Assembly: GCF_055900595.2 (NCBI RefSeq)
Contig: NZ_CM148325.1
DNA: 64,000 bases
Direction: 5' to 3' (one strand)
Position numbers and translations under genes: made by a program. Shown here piece after piece: positions 30,444-41,053 of the stretch. The notes under the pieces are model-generated. The model was not told the origin of the DNA. It worked only from the letters and a program-made list of their open reading frames with translations, and did not search any database. The first letter of the stretch is position 1. Each line of letters starts with the position of its first letter.

Positions 30444-31952
30444 ATGACAATGTTAAAAACAGTAAGATTCTGGCTCGTCGAATTAATACTGCTGGCAGTT
30501 GTGTTGCCCGTATTAGCGATAATTTTTTACTCCTGTACTCTATTTTTTCCTTTTTACGCCGAAGGCGGTATCTTGGAGTTTAGCGCCACACTAATAGTGA
30601 CTGCTTTAAGTGGTCTGGCGTTAGGAAGGGTAAGAAGTGCCTTTGTCCCGCTAAATTTATCATTCATTTCCCTGATCCTCCCGGAAACCCTGCTACTTTT
30701 TTATACACTTGTTGTCTGGCTAACATTACTTATTATTACGGATAGTGAGTTTAATAGTGGACTATTTTATACCGGGCAGGATTGGTTGGGCATTTTCAGC
30801 CTATTAACTGAGGCTGCGACGGAAGACGAATTTTTTACGCCATCGTTAATGCAGGTGGCTACGCCTGCGATACCGGCTGTGGGTATTCTGGTCTATATTG
30901 TCTCACTGACGCATGCTGCAAGAGGGCGAAACCGGCTGACGAACATTGTAGGATGGCGTTATATCGTAATCCCGGTTTTAATGGCGGTTATAAGCATTGC
31001 GGGATTACTCGCATGGCAAATCCATGACAGAAGTGAAAGAAAAGTGGTCAGTGTGCCAGAAACGCAGCTTTCTGAGCGCTTGGCATTAAAAGATTATTCT
31101 CCCTTTACCGCCAATAATAAATTAACACACCTCAATGAACAGGCCACGCTGGCGATAGCGAGTAACTGGCCGCAACTGAATGGCGCGACAGCGCTCTATC
31201 CACTGTATGCCTCGATGGCGCAAATGGTTTATCGCAATCTGAATGAGGAAAGTGCCGAGGATTATATAAAGTGCTGGAAAACCCAGGGAGCCTACACAGC
31301 TTTGATAGAAGGGCGCGCGGATCTTATTTTTGTCGCCGAACCCTCTGATGAGCAACGAGAGCAGGCGCGTAACAGTGGCGTTGGTTTGCATTTTTATCCT
31401 CTGGCGCGAGAGGCTTTTGTTTTTGTCACTCATAAAGATAATCCGGTTACAGCGTTGAGTGATAAACAGATCCGCCAAATCTATTCTGGCGACATCAATA
31501 ACTGGCAGGATGTTGGCGGGCGCGACGCACGGATCATGCCTTTTCAGCGACCGGAAGGCTCAGGTAGCCAGACAATTATGTTAGCGGCTGTGATGAAGCA
31601 GGAAAAAATGCGCAAACCGCTGGAAACGGAACGGATAAGCGAAATGCAGGGGTTGATACGTAATGTTGCCAGCTATCAGAACAGTACAAATGCTTTGGGG
31701 TATACGTTCCGGTACTACTCAACACAAATGCACCACAGCGATAATCTCCGCTTGCTAGCGGTAAATGGTATTGCGCCAACGGCAGAAAATATTCGCAGCG
31801 GGAAGTACCCCTATACGGTAACGGTTTATATGGTTAGCGCGGGAAGACCTGACGCGCAGGTGCAAAAAATAATCGACTGGTTTTTGAGTGCGCAGGGGCA
31901 GAAAATGGTCGCTGAAACCGGATATATCCCGTTGGGAAAATCAACCAGGTGA
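30444..31952 (+). CDS. Accessory membrane protein: about 190-aa multi-pass TM region fused to a C-terminal PstS-like periplasmic binding domain (502 aa from ATG 30444); function unknown
   Basis: ORF track 30435..31952; ATG 30444 follows RBS gggag; 5-6 hydrophobic segments then PstS-like residues (GSGSQT, YTFRYY); not recalled in K-12. Confidence 0.7.
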   Translation: MTMLKTVRFWLVELILLAVVLPVLAIIFYSCTLFFPFYAEGGILEFSATLIVTALSGLALGRVRSAFVPLNLSFISLILPETLLLFYTLVVWLTLLIITDSEFNSGLFYTGQDWLGIFSLLTEAATEDEFFTPSLMQVATPAIPAVGILVYIVSLTHAARGRNRLTNIVGWRYIVIPVLMAVISIAGLLAWQIHDRSERKVVSVPETQLSERLALKDYSPFTANNKLTHLNEQATLAIASNWPQLNGATALYPLYASMAQMVYRNLNEESAEDYIKCWKTQGAYTALIEGRADLIFVAEPSDEQREQARNSGVGLHFYPLAREAFVFVTHKDNPVTALSDKQIRQIYSGDINNWQDVGGRDARIMPFQRPEGSGSQTIMLAAVMKQEKMRKPLETERISEMQGLIRNVASYQNSTNALGYTFRYYSTQMHHSDNLRLLAVNGIAPTAENIRSGKYPYTVTVYMVSAGRPDAQVQKIIDWFLSAQGQKMVAETGYIPLGKSTR

Positions 31953-31964
31953 ACATACGTAAAT

Positions 31965-31993
31965 GGCAAAAACCATCACCAATGGTTTTTGCC
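31965..31993. terminator. Strong hairpin between convergent accessory ORF and yebB (putative bidirectional terminator)
   Basis: Perfect 12-bp stem ggcaaaaaccat / atggtttttgcc with cacc loop; no clean U-tract on either side. Confidence 0.55.
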
Positions 31994-32029
31994 ATGATAT
32001 GCGACTCACACTGCTTCTGGCAGCCTGGT

Positions 32030-32602
32030 TTAGTCATTATGACTGGCATGGATTAACGTCAACCCCGGATGATGCCACAAACTGGCTGGCGTGACGGTTT
32101 TACGCTCCCACGGAATAGAACCTAAGAACCAGAATTTCCAGAAAGTGAGTTTTGCATTTGGATTGCTGTTTAGCAGTTCTCCAAACGTCTCTATTTCACC
32201 CACCGGAATACATAACGCCTCTTTATAAATATCAAAAACGAATTTTGAACAGAACTGGCGGGAAGATTCGTATTTAAAACCGGTGTGGTAGAACTTATGC
32301 AACCGGGCAGGGACCTTTTCGACAAGAGCAAGTTTCTGCTCTGCGGTTAAACCTCCTGCCAGGCGGCGAACACCGTAGCGTTGCTCGGTCGACCGTTCAA
32401 TAAATCGTGACAAAGTTGTGATTGTGGAGAGCGGAACTCGACTCTCCGCAACCAGGTAATCATCACCGTCATGTCCGATGATTATCCCCACATGGTTGCT
32501 CCAGCATTTCGAGGCTGCAGAGATTTGCCCAAACAGGCGAGCACCGATGCAGGTAAAAACAATATCACCGGTTTCATATTTAGCTGGGTAATTTATTTTC
32601 AC
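32030..32602 (-). CDS. yebB: YebB, permuted papain-fold (NlpC/P60-superfamily, YiiX/YaeF-like) putative amidase (190 aa)
   Basis: ORF track; [46 protein letters not shown]... Cys/His pair; no signal peptide. Confidence 0.8.
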   Translation of the reverse strand: MKINYPAKYETGDIVFTCIGARLFGQISAASKCWSNHVGIIIGHDGDDYLVAESRVPLSTITTLSRFIERSTEQRYGVRRLAGGLTAEQKLALVEKVPARLHKFYHTGFKYESSRQFCSKFVFDIYKEALCIPVGEIETFGELLNSNPNAKLTFWKFWFLGSIPWERKTVTPASLWHHPGLTLIHASHND

Positions 32603-32695
32603 TATATCAATCCATTATTTATATATAAAACAGCATCTATCTTTCGTGATGGTAAAGCATTAGCATTGTATTGTAATAATGACAAGGAATGTTTT

Positions 32696-33520
32696 ATGCG
32701 GTTATTTATTAATGTGATAATGATAGTTTCGATCAGTCAATGCGTGAATGTATTTGCTCAAGATAATGTCATTCGCTATCCCTGGCGATATGGACGTATT
32801 TCTTTAAATGAGAATAATGAGTTTGTGCCTCAAATTATTCATATGCGTGATGATATCTACGGCGTGGGTGAAGTTGGTGCAAGCCTTAACGATGCGAGAA
32901 TGGCGCAAAGTGGTGTCACCGTGAGGCTTAGCGTTATACAGCAGGGGCAGGTGGTGAATGCTTTACTGGATTTCTACAATAGCAATAATCAACCTGCTTA
33001 TATATTTGAAGGCGGTTTATTGTCCTGCAATAAAGCCTTTGACATCACAACAAACAACATTGTCCTTGATGGGATGTGTGGAATTTATGATGGGGTCGAT
33101 GGCTGGCAAGTTATTCCTGCGGGTGAGCATTATAAAGAATCGTTTTCACTCACTCAGGCTTTTGAATTCTTGCCGGGAAAACATCATTATAAAATTAATG
33201 CCGGAGGTTTTATCATCAGAGTCGGGGATGATATTTTTGCAAGAGAAGATGCCGAAAGCATTCTTTTTGATTTGATTAACTGGCGATATGGCTATGTGCT
33301 AAAAAGTTATGAAAGGGTGTCAAAGGGGGATTTGATGGCAGGATATTATGCTCTGTATGAATACTCAGGCGCTGACATAATTGATGAGTATGATATTTAC
33401 TCAAACCAGGTGTCGATTGATCTTAATGGTGACGAGTTAGCACATACGGAGTCCTATCAGTGGCGAATTGATAGCGGAATGATCCCGGAAAAATTCAGCG
33501 TTCAGGGACTCGCTGAATGA
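32696..33520 (+). CDS. Accessory Sec-signal periplasmic/secreted protein of unknown function (274 aa from ATG 32696)
   Basis: ORF track 32471..33520 trimmed to ATG 32696 after RBS aagga; N-terminus MRLFINVIMIVSISQCVNVFA-QD is a signal peptide with VFA cleavage motif; AT-rich. Confidence 0.65.
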   Translation: MRLFINVIMIVSISQCVNVFAQDNVIRYPWRYGRISLNENNEFVPQIIHMRDDIYGVGEVGASLNDARMAQSGVTVRLSVIQQGQVVNALLDFYNSNNQPAYIFEGGLLSCNKAFDITTNNIVLDGMCGIYDGVDGWQVIPAGEHYKESFSLTQAFEFLPGKHHYKINAGGFIIRVGDDIFAREDAESILFDLINWRYGYVLKSYERVSKGDLMAGYYALYEYSGADIIDEYDIYSNQVSIDLNGDELAHTESYQWRIDSGMIPEKFSVQGLAE

Positions 33521-33557
33521 ATCGTCCTCTACCTGCTTGCCAGATACAGAGGCGCGG

Positions 33558-34127
33558 ATGAATTTATCAAGCGTATTCAATCAGCTTTTAATCTCATTAG
33601 CTCTTGCCGGGACGTTGATATCAAGCAGCTATCTCATGGAAGCTCACTACCCGCGTTTCAGGAAGCCAATTGCGTTCTTTTACTTCTTCTTAGCAATTTA
33701 TACCAGTTATGCTGCCGTTCTGGAGTATGAGTACCACCGCACTAGCTTGACTACGCTCGCAAAAGTTTCTTCGGTTCGTTATACCAGTAATTTTGAGCGT
33801 AGCGCCTCGCACTCCTGCAATTTACTGCGGGGAGGAAGGATTGATTGCACGGGGCTGTATGCCTATGACCTGACCTGGCAGATTGACGGTAAGACCTGGA
33901 ATTTGCATGTTGAGGACAAGCGTATAAAACCAGGATTCACCATGTGCGTGAAGGTTGTAAAAGATCGCCCCGCCATCGGGAAATCCTGTGAAAACGCGTT
34001 TTTCAATGTCAGCCCTTTGCCGATTCTGATAGCTATATGGGCAATCAGCGCATTTATATTTGCGGTCTTACTCCTTCACAGACTAAAAAAATGCCGCAAA
34101 TGGAAGCACGCCAGCAAGGGGCGTTGA
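33558..34127 (+). CDS. Accessory inner-membrane protein, 2 N-terminal TM + Cys-containing loop + C-terminal TM and basic tail (189 aa from ATG 33558)
   Basis: ORF track 33537..34127 (TTG) trimmed to ATG 33558 after RBS gagg; hydrophobic segments at about residues 8-27, 36-56, 163-183; 37 nt after upstream ORF. Confidence 0.6.
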   Translation: MNLSSVFNQLLISLALAGTLISSSYLMEAHYPRFRKPIAFFYFFLAIYTSYAAVLEYEYHRTSLTTLAKVSSVRYTSNFERSASHSCNLLRGGRIDCTGLYAYDLTWQIDGKTWNLHVEDKRIKPGFTMCVKVVKDRPAIGKSCENAFFNVSPLPILIAIWAISAFIFAVLLLHRLKKCRKWKHASKGR

Positions 34128-34229
34128 AAAATTGGGCATTAGAAGTGTGATGTAAGGGGGATTCATACAGAATTTCTGATGCTGTGAGCAAAAGGATTAT
34201 CATTTCTGAAATGATTTAATATCATCCCT

Positions 34230-34249
34230 CGCTGGATATCTATCCAGCA
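34230..34249 (+). promoter_or_regulatory. LexA (SOS) box of the ruvAB promoter
   Basis: cgCTGGatatctatCCAGca, the known CTGG-N8-CCAG variant SOS box, about 50 nt upstream of ruvA GTG. Confidence 0.85.
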
Positions 34250-34298
34250 TTTTTTTATCATACAGCATTATCTTTGATTCATTACGCAGGAGCGTCAT

Positions 34299-34910
34299 GT
34301 GATAGGCAGACTCAGAGGCATCATCATTGAAAAACAACCCCCACTGGTATTAATTGAAGTGGGCGGCGTAGGCTATGAAGTGCATATGCCGATGACCTGT
34401 TTTTATGAACTCCCTGAAGCGGGTCAGGAAGCGATCGTTTTCACCCACTTTGTGGTGCGTGAAGACGCGCAACTGCTGTACGGTTTTAACAATAAACAAG
34501 AGCGCACGTTGTTCAAAGAGTTGATCAAAACCAACGGCGTTGGGCCTAAACTGGCATTGGCAATCCTCTCCGGAATGTCAGCGCAGCAGTTCGTTAATGC
34601 CGTTGAGCGTGAAGAAGTGGGGGCGCTGGTGAAACTGCCGGGTATTGGCAAAAAAACCGCCGAACGCTTGATTGTCGAAATGAAAGACCGATTTAAAGGT
34701 TTACATGGCGATCTCTTTACGCCAGCTGCCGACCTGGTACTCACGTCACCTGCCAGCCCGGCGACCGATGATGCCGAACAGGAAGCGGTTGCCGCGCTGG
34801 TGGCGCTGGGCTATAAACCACAAGAAGCAAGCCGCATGGTGAGCAAAATCGCTCGCCCTGACGCCAGCAGTGAAACATTAATTCGCGAAGCCCTGCGCGC
34901 CGCGTTATGA
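34299..34910 (+). CDS. ruvA: Holliday junction branch-migration protein RuvA (203 aa), GTG start
   Basis: ORF track; [43 protein letters not shown]... Confidence 0.96.
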   Translation: MIGRLRGIIIEKQPPLVLIEVGGVGYEVHMPMTCFYELPEAGQEAIVFTHFVVREDAQLLYGFNNKQERTLFKELIKTNGVGPKLALAILSGMSAQQFVNAVEREEVGALVKLPGIGKKTAERLIVEMKDRFKGLHGDLFTPAADLVLTSPASPATDDAEQEAVAALVALGYKPQEASRMVSKIARPDASSETLIREALRAAL

Positions 34911-34915
34911 GGTAA

Positions 34916-35929
<1,014 letters not shown>

Positions 35930-35967
35930 GTTGAATAAGGTATTCAAGCCGCTTCCGACATTGGCGA

Positions 35968-36058
35968 TAAGCCTGATGCGACGCTGTTCGCGTCTTATCA
36001 GGCCTACCAGAAGTAGCGAACCGTAGGTCGGATAAGGCGCTCGCGCCGCATCCGACAA
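35968..36058. repeat. REP/BIME cluster between ruvB and znuB
   Basis: gcctgatgcgacgctgttcgcgtcttatcaggcctac and cgtaggtcggataaggcgctcgcgccgcatccgacaa REP units. Confidence 0.65.
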
Positions 36059-36075
36059 ATGTGTTCAGCGACAGA

Positions 36076-36861
36076 TTAGCTGGCCTGCTTTTTCATCATA
36101 CTGATAATAAATAACAGTGCCGCACATAGCACTACCGACGGACCCGCCGGCGTATCGTAAAATGCGGAAAAGGTTAAACCGCCAGTTACTGCCACCATTC
36201 CCACCAAAACAGCGACACCGGCCATCTGTTCCGGCGTGCGGGCAAAGCGACGCGCTGTAGCTGCAGGAATAATCAGCAGCGAAGTAATAATCAACGCGCC
36301 GACAAATTTCATCGCTACACCAATCGTCAATGCTGTCACCAGCATCAACAACAATTTCACGCGCTGTAATTTCACACCATCAACAAACGCCAGATCCGGG
36401 CTAATCGTCATTGACAGCAAATTGCGCCATTGCCAGAACAGAATCGCCACCACGATGACCACGCCAATCGCAATAGAGATGAGATCTTCTGGCGTCACTG
36501 CCAGCAAATCACCGAACAGGTAAGCCATCAAATCAACACGAATGTTAGACATCAGACTAACGACCACCAGGCCCAGCGACAGGGCACTGTGCGCCATAAT
36601 CCCTAATAACGTGTCGATCGCCAGCTGTGGGCGCTTCTCCAGCCATACCAGACCGCCCGCCAGCAGCAGCGTAACCGCAATCACCGCATAGAATGGATTA
36701 ACGTCCAGCAACAAACCAAACGCGACGCCAAGTAACGAGGCATGAGCCAGTGTATCACCGAAATAAGACATACGACGCCAGACCACAAACGAACCCAGCG
36801 GACCCGCGGCACAGGCGAGCATGATCCCGGCTAACCAACCAGGAAATAATAATTCAATCAT
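36076..36861 (-). CDS. znuB: Zinc ABC transporter permease ZnuB (261 aa)
   Basis: ORF track; [41 protein letters not shown]... Confidence 0.96.
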
Positions 36862-37613
36862 GAGCGATCATTTCCCCGACGCAAAACAATTCGTCCCTGT
36901 AAATCGTGACGATGATTATGATGATGGCGATAGATACCCAGTTGTTCAGCACCACGAGGACCAAACATAGAAATAAACTCCGGATGCAGGGAAACAACTT
37001 CCGGTGTGCCGGAACAACAAATGTGGTGATTCAGGCAAAGCACTTCATCGGTTTTTGCCATTACCAGATGCAGATCGTGAGAGACCATTAAAACGCCACA
37101 ATCCAGTTCGCGACGCAACTGGTCAATAAGGTCATATAACGCCACCTGACCATTCACATCCACGCCCTGAGTGGGTTCATCCAGCACTAATAATTGCGGT
37201 CGATTTAACAATGCTCGCGCTAACAATACACGCTGTGTTTCGCCACCCGAGAGCTTTTGCATCGGTGCGTTAATCAGATGCCCGGCCTGGACACGTTTCA
37301 GTGCAGGCAAAATATCTTCTTTATGTGTGCCAGGGCGTAAGCGTAAAAATCGATTTACGGTCAGTGGCAATGTTGTGTCGAGATACAGCTTCTGCGGTAC
37401 GTAGCCGATGCGCAGTTTTCCGTTGCGCTTGATAACCCCTTCATCGGGTGTTACCAGTCCGAGCACTACCCGTACCAGTGTCGACTTACCTGCGCCATTT
37501 GGCCCAAGTAAAGTTAAAATTTTTCCAGGTTTAAGTTCCAGCGACACATCAGAGAGGACGCGGCGTTGGCCGAAAGAAACCGAGACATTTTCCAGGGAAA
37601 CCAGACTTGTCAT
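36858..37613 (-). CDS. znuC: Zinc ABC transporter ATPase ZnuC (251 aa)
   Basis: ORF track; Walker [10 protein letters not shown]; His-rich C-terminus; 4-nt overlap with znuB. Confidence 0.96.
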
Positions 37614-37638
37614 GTTAATTTTAGTCTTGCAGTAGTCA

Positions 37639-37660
37639 TGAAATGTTATAATATCACACT
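37639..37660. promoter_or_regulatory. Zur box in the divergent znuCB / znuA promoter region
   Basis: gaaatgttataatatcacactt matches the Zur operator (GAAATGTTATAATATAACATTTC-like palindrome). Confidence 0.8.
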
Positions 37661-37691
37661 TCTCATATTCATTACGATGATTGGTCGCATT

Positions 37692-38624
37692 ATGTTACAT
37701 AAAAAAACGCTTCTTTTCGCAGCATTATCCGCCGCTCTCTGGGGGGGTGCAACACAGGCCGCAGATGCTGCCGTTGTCGCTTCGCTTAAACCCGTTGGGT
37801 TCATCGCTTCTGCCATTGCTGATGGGGTAACAGAAACGGAGGTTTTACTACCTGACGGCGCTTCAGAACATGATTATTCACTGCGTCCATCAGATGTAAA
37901 ACGCTTACAGAACGCGGACTTAGTCGTTTGGGTTGGCCCGGAGATGGAAGCGTTCATGCAAAAACCGGTAAGTAAATTACCTGAAGCGAAACAGGTAACG
38001 ATTGCGCAGCTAGAGAATGTGAAACCGCTGCTGATGAAAAGTATTCACGGCGATGATGATGATCACGACCACGCGGAAAAAAGTGACGAAGATCACCATC
38101 ACGGCGATTTCAACATGCATCTTTGGCTTTCCCCAGAGATAGCGCGGGCTACAGCGGTTGCAATCCATGGAAAATTAGTGGAACTTATGCCGCAAAGTCG
38201 AGCCAAACTTGACGCCAACCTGAAGGATTTTGAGGCACAATTAGCCTCAACCGAAAAGCAGGTTGGTAACGAGCTCGCGCCGCTCAAGGGGAAAGGTTAT
38301 TTCGTTTTTCACGATGCTTACGGCTATTTCGAAAAACAGTTCGGACTGACACCGCTTGGTCATTTTACCGTTAACCCTGAGATTCAACCTGGCGCGCAGC
38401 GTTTACATGAAATAAGAACACAGTTGGTTGAGCAAAAAGCAACCTGCGTTTTTGCTGAGCCACAGTTCAGGCCAGCGGTCGTTGAGAGCGTCGCACGAGG
38501 GACATCCGTTCGTATGGGAACGTTGGATCCCCTGGGGACGAATATCAAACTGGGTAAAACAAGCTATTCAGAATTCCTGAATCAATTAGCCAACCAGTAT
38601 GCGAGCTGCCTGAAAGGAGATTAA
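37692..38624 (+). CDS. znuA: Zinc ABC transporter periplasmic binding protein ZnuA (310 aa)
   Basis: ORF track 37566..38624 trimmed to ATG 37692 ([23 protein letters not shown] signal peptide); His/Asp-rich loop. Confidence 0.95.
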
Positions 38625-38639
38625 TGAGGAAGTGATTAC

Positions 38640-39962
38640 GTGCAACAGATAGCCCGCTCTGTCGCCCTGGCGTTTAATAATTTACCGCGACCACACCGCG
38701 TTATGTTGGGGTCGCTCACCGTTCTTACTCTGGCCGTCGCTGTCTGGCGGCCCTATGTTTATCACCGCGATGCCACGCCAATTGTCAAAACCATTGAGCT
38801 GGAACAGAACGAAATTCGTTCGCTCTTACCTGAAGCCAGTGAGCCGATTGATCAAGCTGCACAAGAAGATGAAGCCATTCCCCAGGATGAACTGGATGAC
38901 AAAATCGCCGGTGAAGCGGGCGTGCATGAATATGTTGTTTCCACTGGCGATACGCTAAGCAGCATTCTCAATCAGTATGGTATTGATATGGGTGATATCA
39001 CCCAACTGGCTGCTGCTGACAAAGAATTGCGTAACCTGAAAATCGGTCAACAACTTTCCTGGACATTAACCGCGGACGGCGAATTGCAGCGCCTTACCTG
39101 GGAAGTATCTCGTCGGGAAACCCGAACCTATGACCGTACTGCCGCTAACGGTTTTAAAATGACCAGCGAAATGCAGCAAGGAGAGTGGGTCAACAATCTG
39201 CTGAAAGGTACCGTCGGGGGAAGCTTTGTTGCCAGCGCCAGAAACGCCGGTTTAACCAGCGCCGAAGTGAGCGCAGTGATTAAAGCCATGCAGTGGCAAA
39301 TGGATTTCCGCAAACTGAAAAAAGGCGATGAATTTGCGGTGTTAATGTCACGAGAAATGCTTGATGGCAAACGTGAGCAAAGCCAACTGCTGGGCGTACG
39401 TTTGCGTTCAGAAGGTAAAGATTATTACGCAATCCGCGCTGAAGATGGCAAATTCTACGATCGTAACGGTACTGGTCTGGCGAAAGGATTCTTGCGATTC
39501 CCGACGGCGAAACAGTTCCGTATCTCGTCTAACTTTAACCCGCGTCGTACTAATCCGGTGACTGGTCGTGTTGCGCCACACAGAGGTGTTGATTTCGCCA
39601 TGCCACAGGGTACGCCAGTGCTTTCAGTGGGTGACGGTGAAGTGGTGGTTGCCAAACGCAGTGGCGCAGCAGGTTATTATGTGGCTATTCGTCATGGTCG
39701 TAGCTACACCACGCGTTATATGCACTTGCGTAAGATTCTGGTGAAACCAGGACAGAAAGTGAAACGTGGCGACCGTATCGCGCTTTCCGGTAATACTGGG
39801 CGTTCAACCGGGCCGCATTTGCACTATGAAGTCTGGATCAACCAGCAGGCCGTAAACCCGTTGACGGCAAAATTGCCGCGTACCGAAGGGCTGACCGGCT
39901 CCGATCGTCGCGAATTCCTGGCGCAGGCCAAAGAGATTGTGCCGCAGCTACGGTTTGATTAA
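38640..39962 (+). CDS. mepM: Murein DD-endopeptidase MepM (YebA), LysM + M23 peptidase (440 aa), GTG start
   Basis: ORF track; LysM segment ([18 protein letters not shown]) and M23 signature (HRGVDFA...GPHLHYEV). Confidence 0.95.
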
Positions 39963-39977
39963 TTAACATCCATTCGC

Positions 39978-40008
39978 AGCCGGTACGCAGTCAGTACCGG
40001 CTTTTTTT
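39978..40008 (+). terminator. Rho-independent terminator after mepM
   Basis: agccggtac / gtaccggct hairpin followed by ttttttt. Confidence 0.8.
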
Positions 40009-40081
40009 ATTTGGTGCGGGGCAAGTTGCGCCGCTACACTATCACCAGATTGATTTTTGCCTTATCCGAAACTGGAAAAGC

Positions 40082-41053
40082 ATGGAAACGAAAAAAAATA
40101 ATAGCGAATACATTCCTGAGTTTGATAAATCCTTTCGCCATCCTCGCTACTGGGGAGCATGGCTGGGCGTAGCAGCGATGGCGGGTATCGCTTTAACACC
40201 GCCAAAGTTCCGCGATCCCATTCTGGCACGGCTGGGACGTTTTGCCGGACGACTGGGAAAAAGCTCACGCCGTCGTGCGTTAATCAATCTGTCGCTCTGC
40301 TTTCCAGAACGTAGTGAAGCCGAGCGCGAAGCGATTGTTGATGAGATGTTTGCCACCGCGCCGCAAGCGATGGCAATGATGGCTGAGTTGGCAATACGCG
40401 GGCCGGAGAAAATTCAGCCGCGTGTTGACTGGCAAGGACTGGAGATCATTGAAGAGATGCGGCGTAATAACGAGAAAGTGATCTTTCTGGTGCCGCACGG
40501 CTGGGCCGTCGATATCCCTGCCATGCTGATGGCCTCGCAAGGGCAGAAAATGGCAGCGATGTTCCATAATCAGGGTAACCCGGTTTTTGATTATGTCTGG
40601 AACACGGTGCGTCGTCGTTTTGGCGGTCGTCTGCATGCGAGAAATGATGGTATTAAGCCTTTCATCCAGTCGGTACGTCAGGGCTACTGGGGATATTATT
40701 TACCCGATCAGGATCATGGCCCCGAGCACAGTGAGTTTGTTGATTTCTTTGCCACCTATAAAGCGACGTTGCCCGCGATTGGTCGATTGATGAAAGTGTG
40801 CCGTGCGCGCGTTGTACCGCTGTTTCCAATTTATGATGGCAAAACGCATCGTTTGACGATTCAGGTGCGCCCACCGATGGATGATCTGTTAGAGGCGGAT
40901 GACCATACGATTGCGCGGCGGATGAATGAAGAAGTCGAGATTTTTGTTGGTCCGCGACCAGAACAATACACCTGGATATTAAAATTGCTGAAAACTCGCA
41001 AACCGGGCGAAATCCAACCGTATAAGCGCAAAGATCTTTATCCCATCAAATAA
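40082..41053 (+). CDS. lpxM: Lipid A myristoyltransferase LpxM (MsbB) (323 aa)
   Basis: ORF track; [43 protein letters not shown]... Confidence 0.96.

Noticed and set aside
31834-32049. 71-aa ORF on the - strand between the PstS-like gene and yebB
   Set aside because: Overlaps the 3' end of the PstS-like gene and the 12-bp hairpin; no RBS; most likely non-coding.
32471-32695. 5' extension of the Sec-signal accessory ORF from the ORF-track ATG at 32471
   Set aside because: It would overlap yebB on the opposite strand for 130 nt and bury the signal peptide 75 residues inside the protein; ATG 32696 has an RBS and puts the signal peptide at the N-terminus.
32958-33275. 105-aa ORF on the + strand
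   Set aside because: Internal to the Sec-signal ORF in another frame; AT-rich sequence gives an Ile/Leu/Lys-rich spurious frame.
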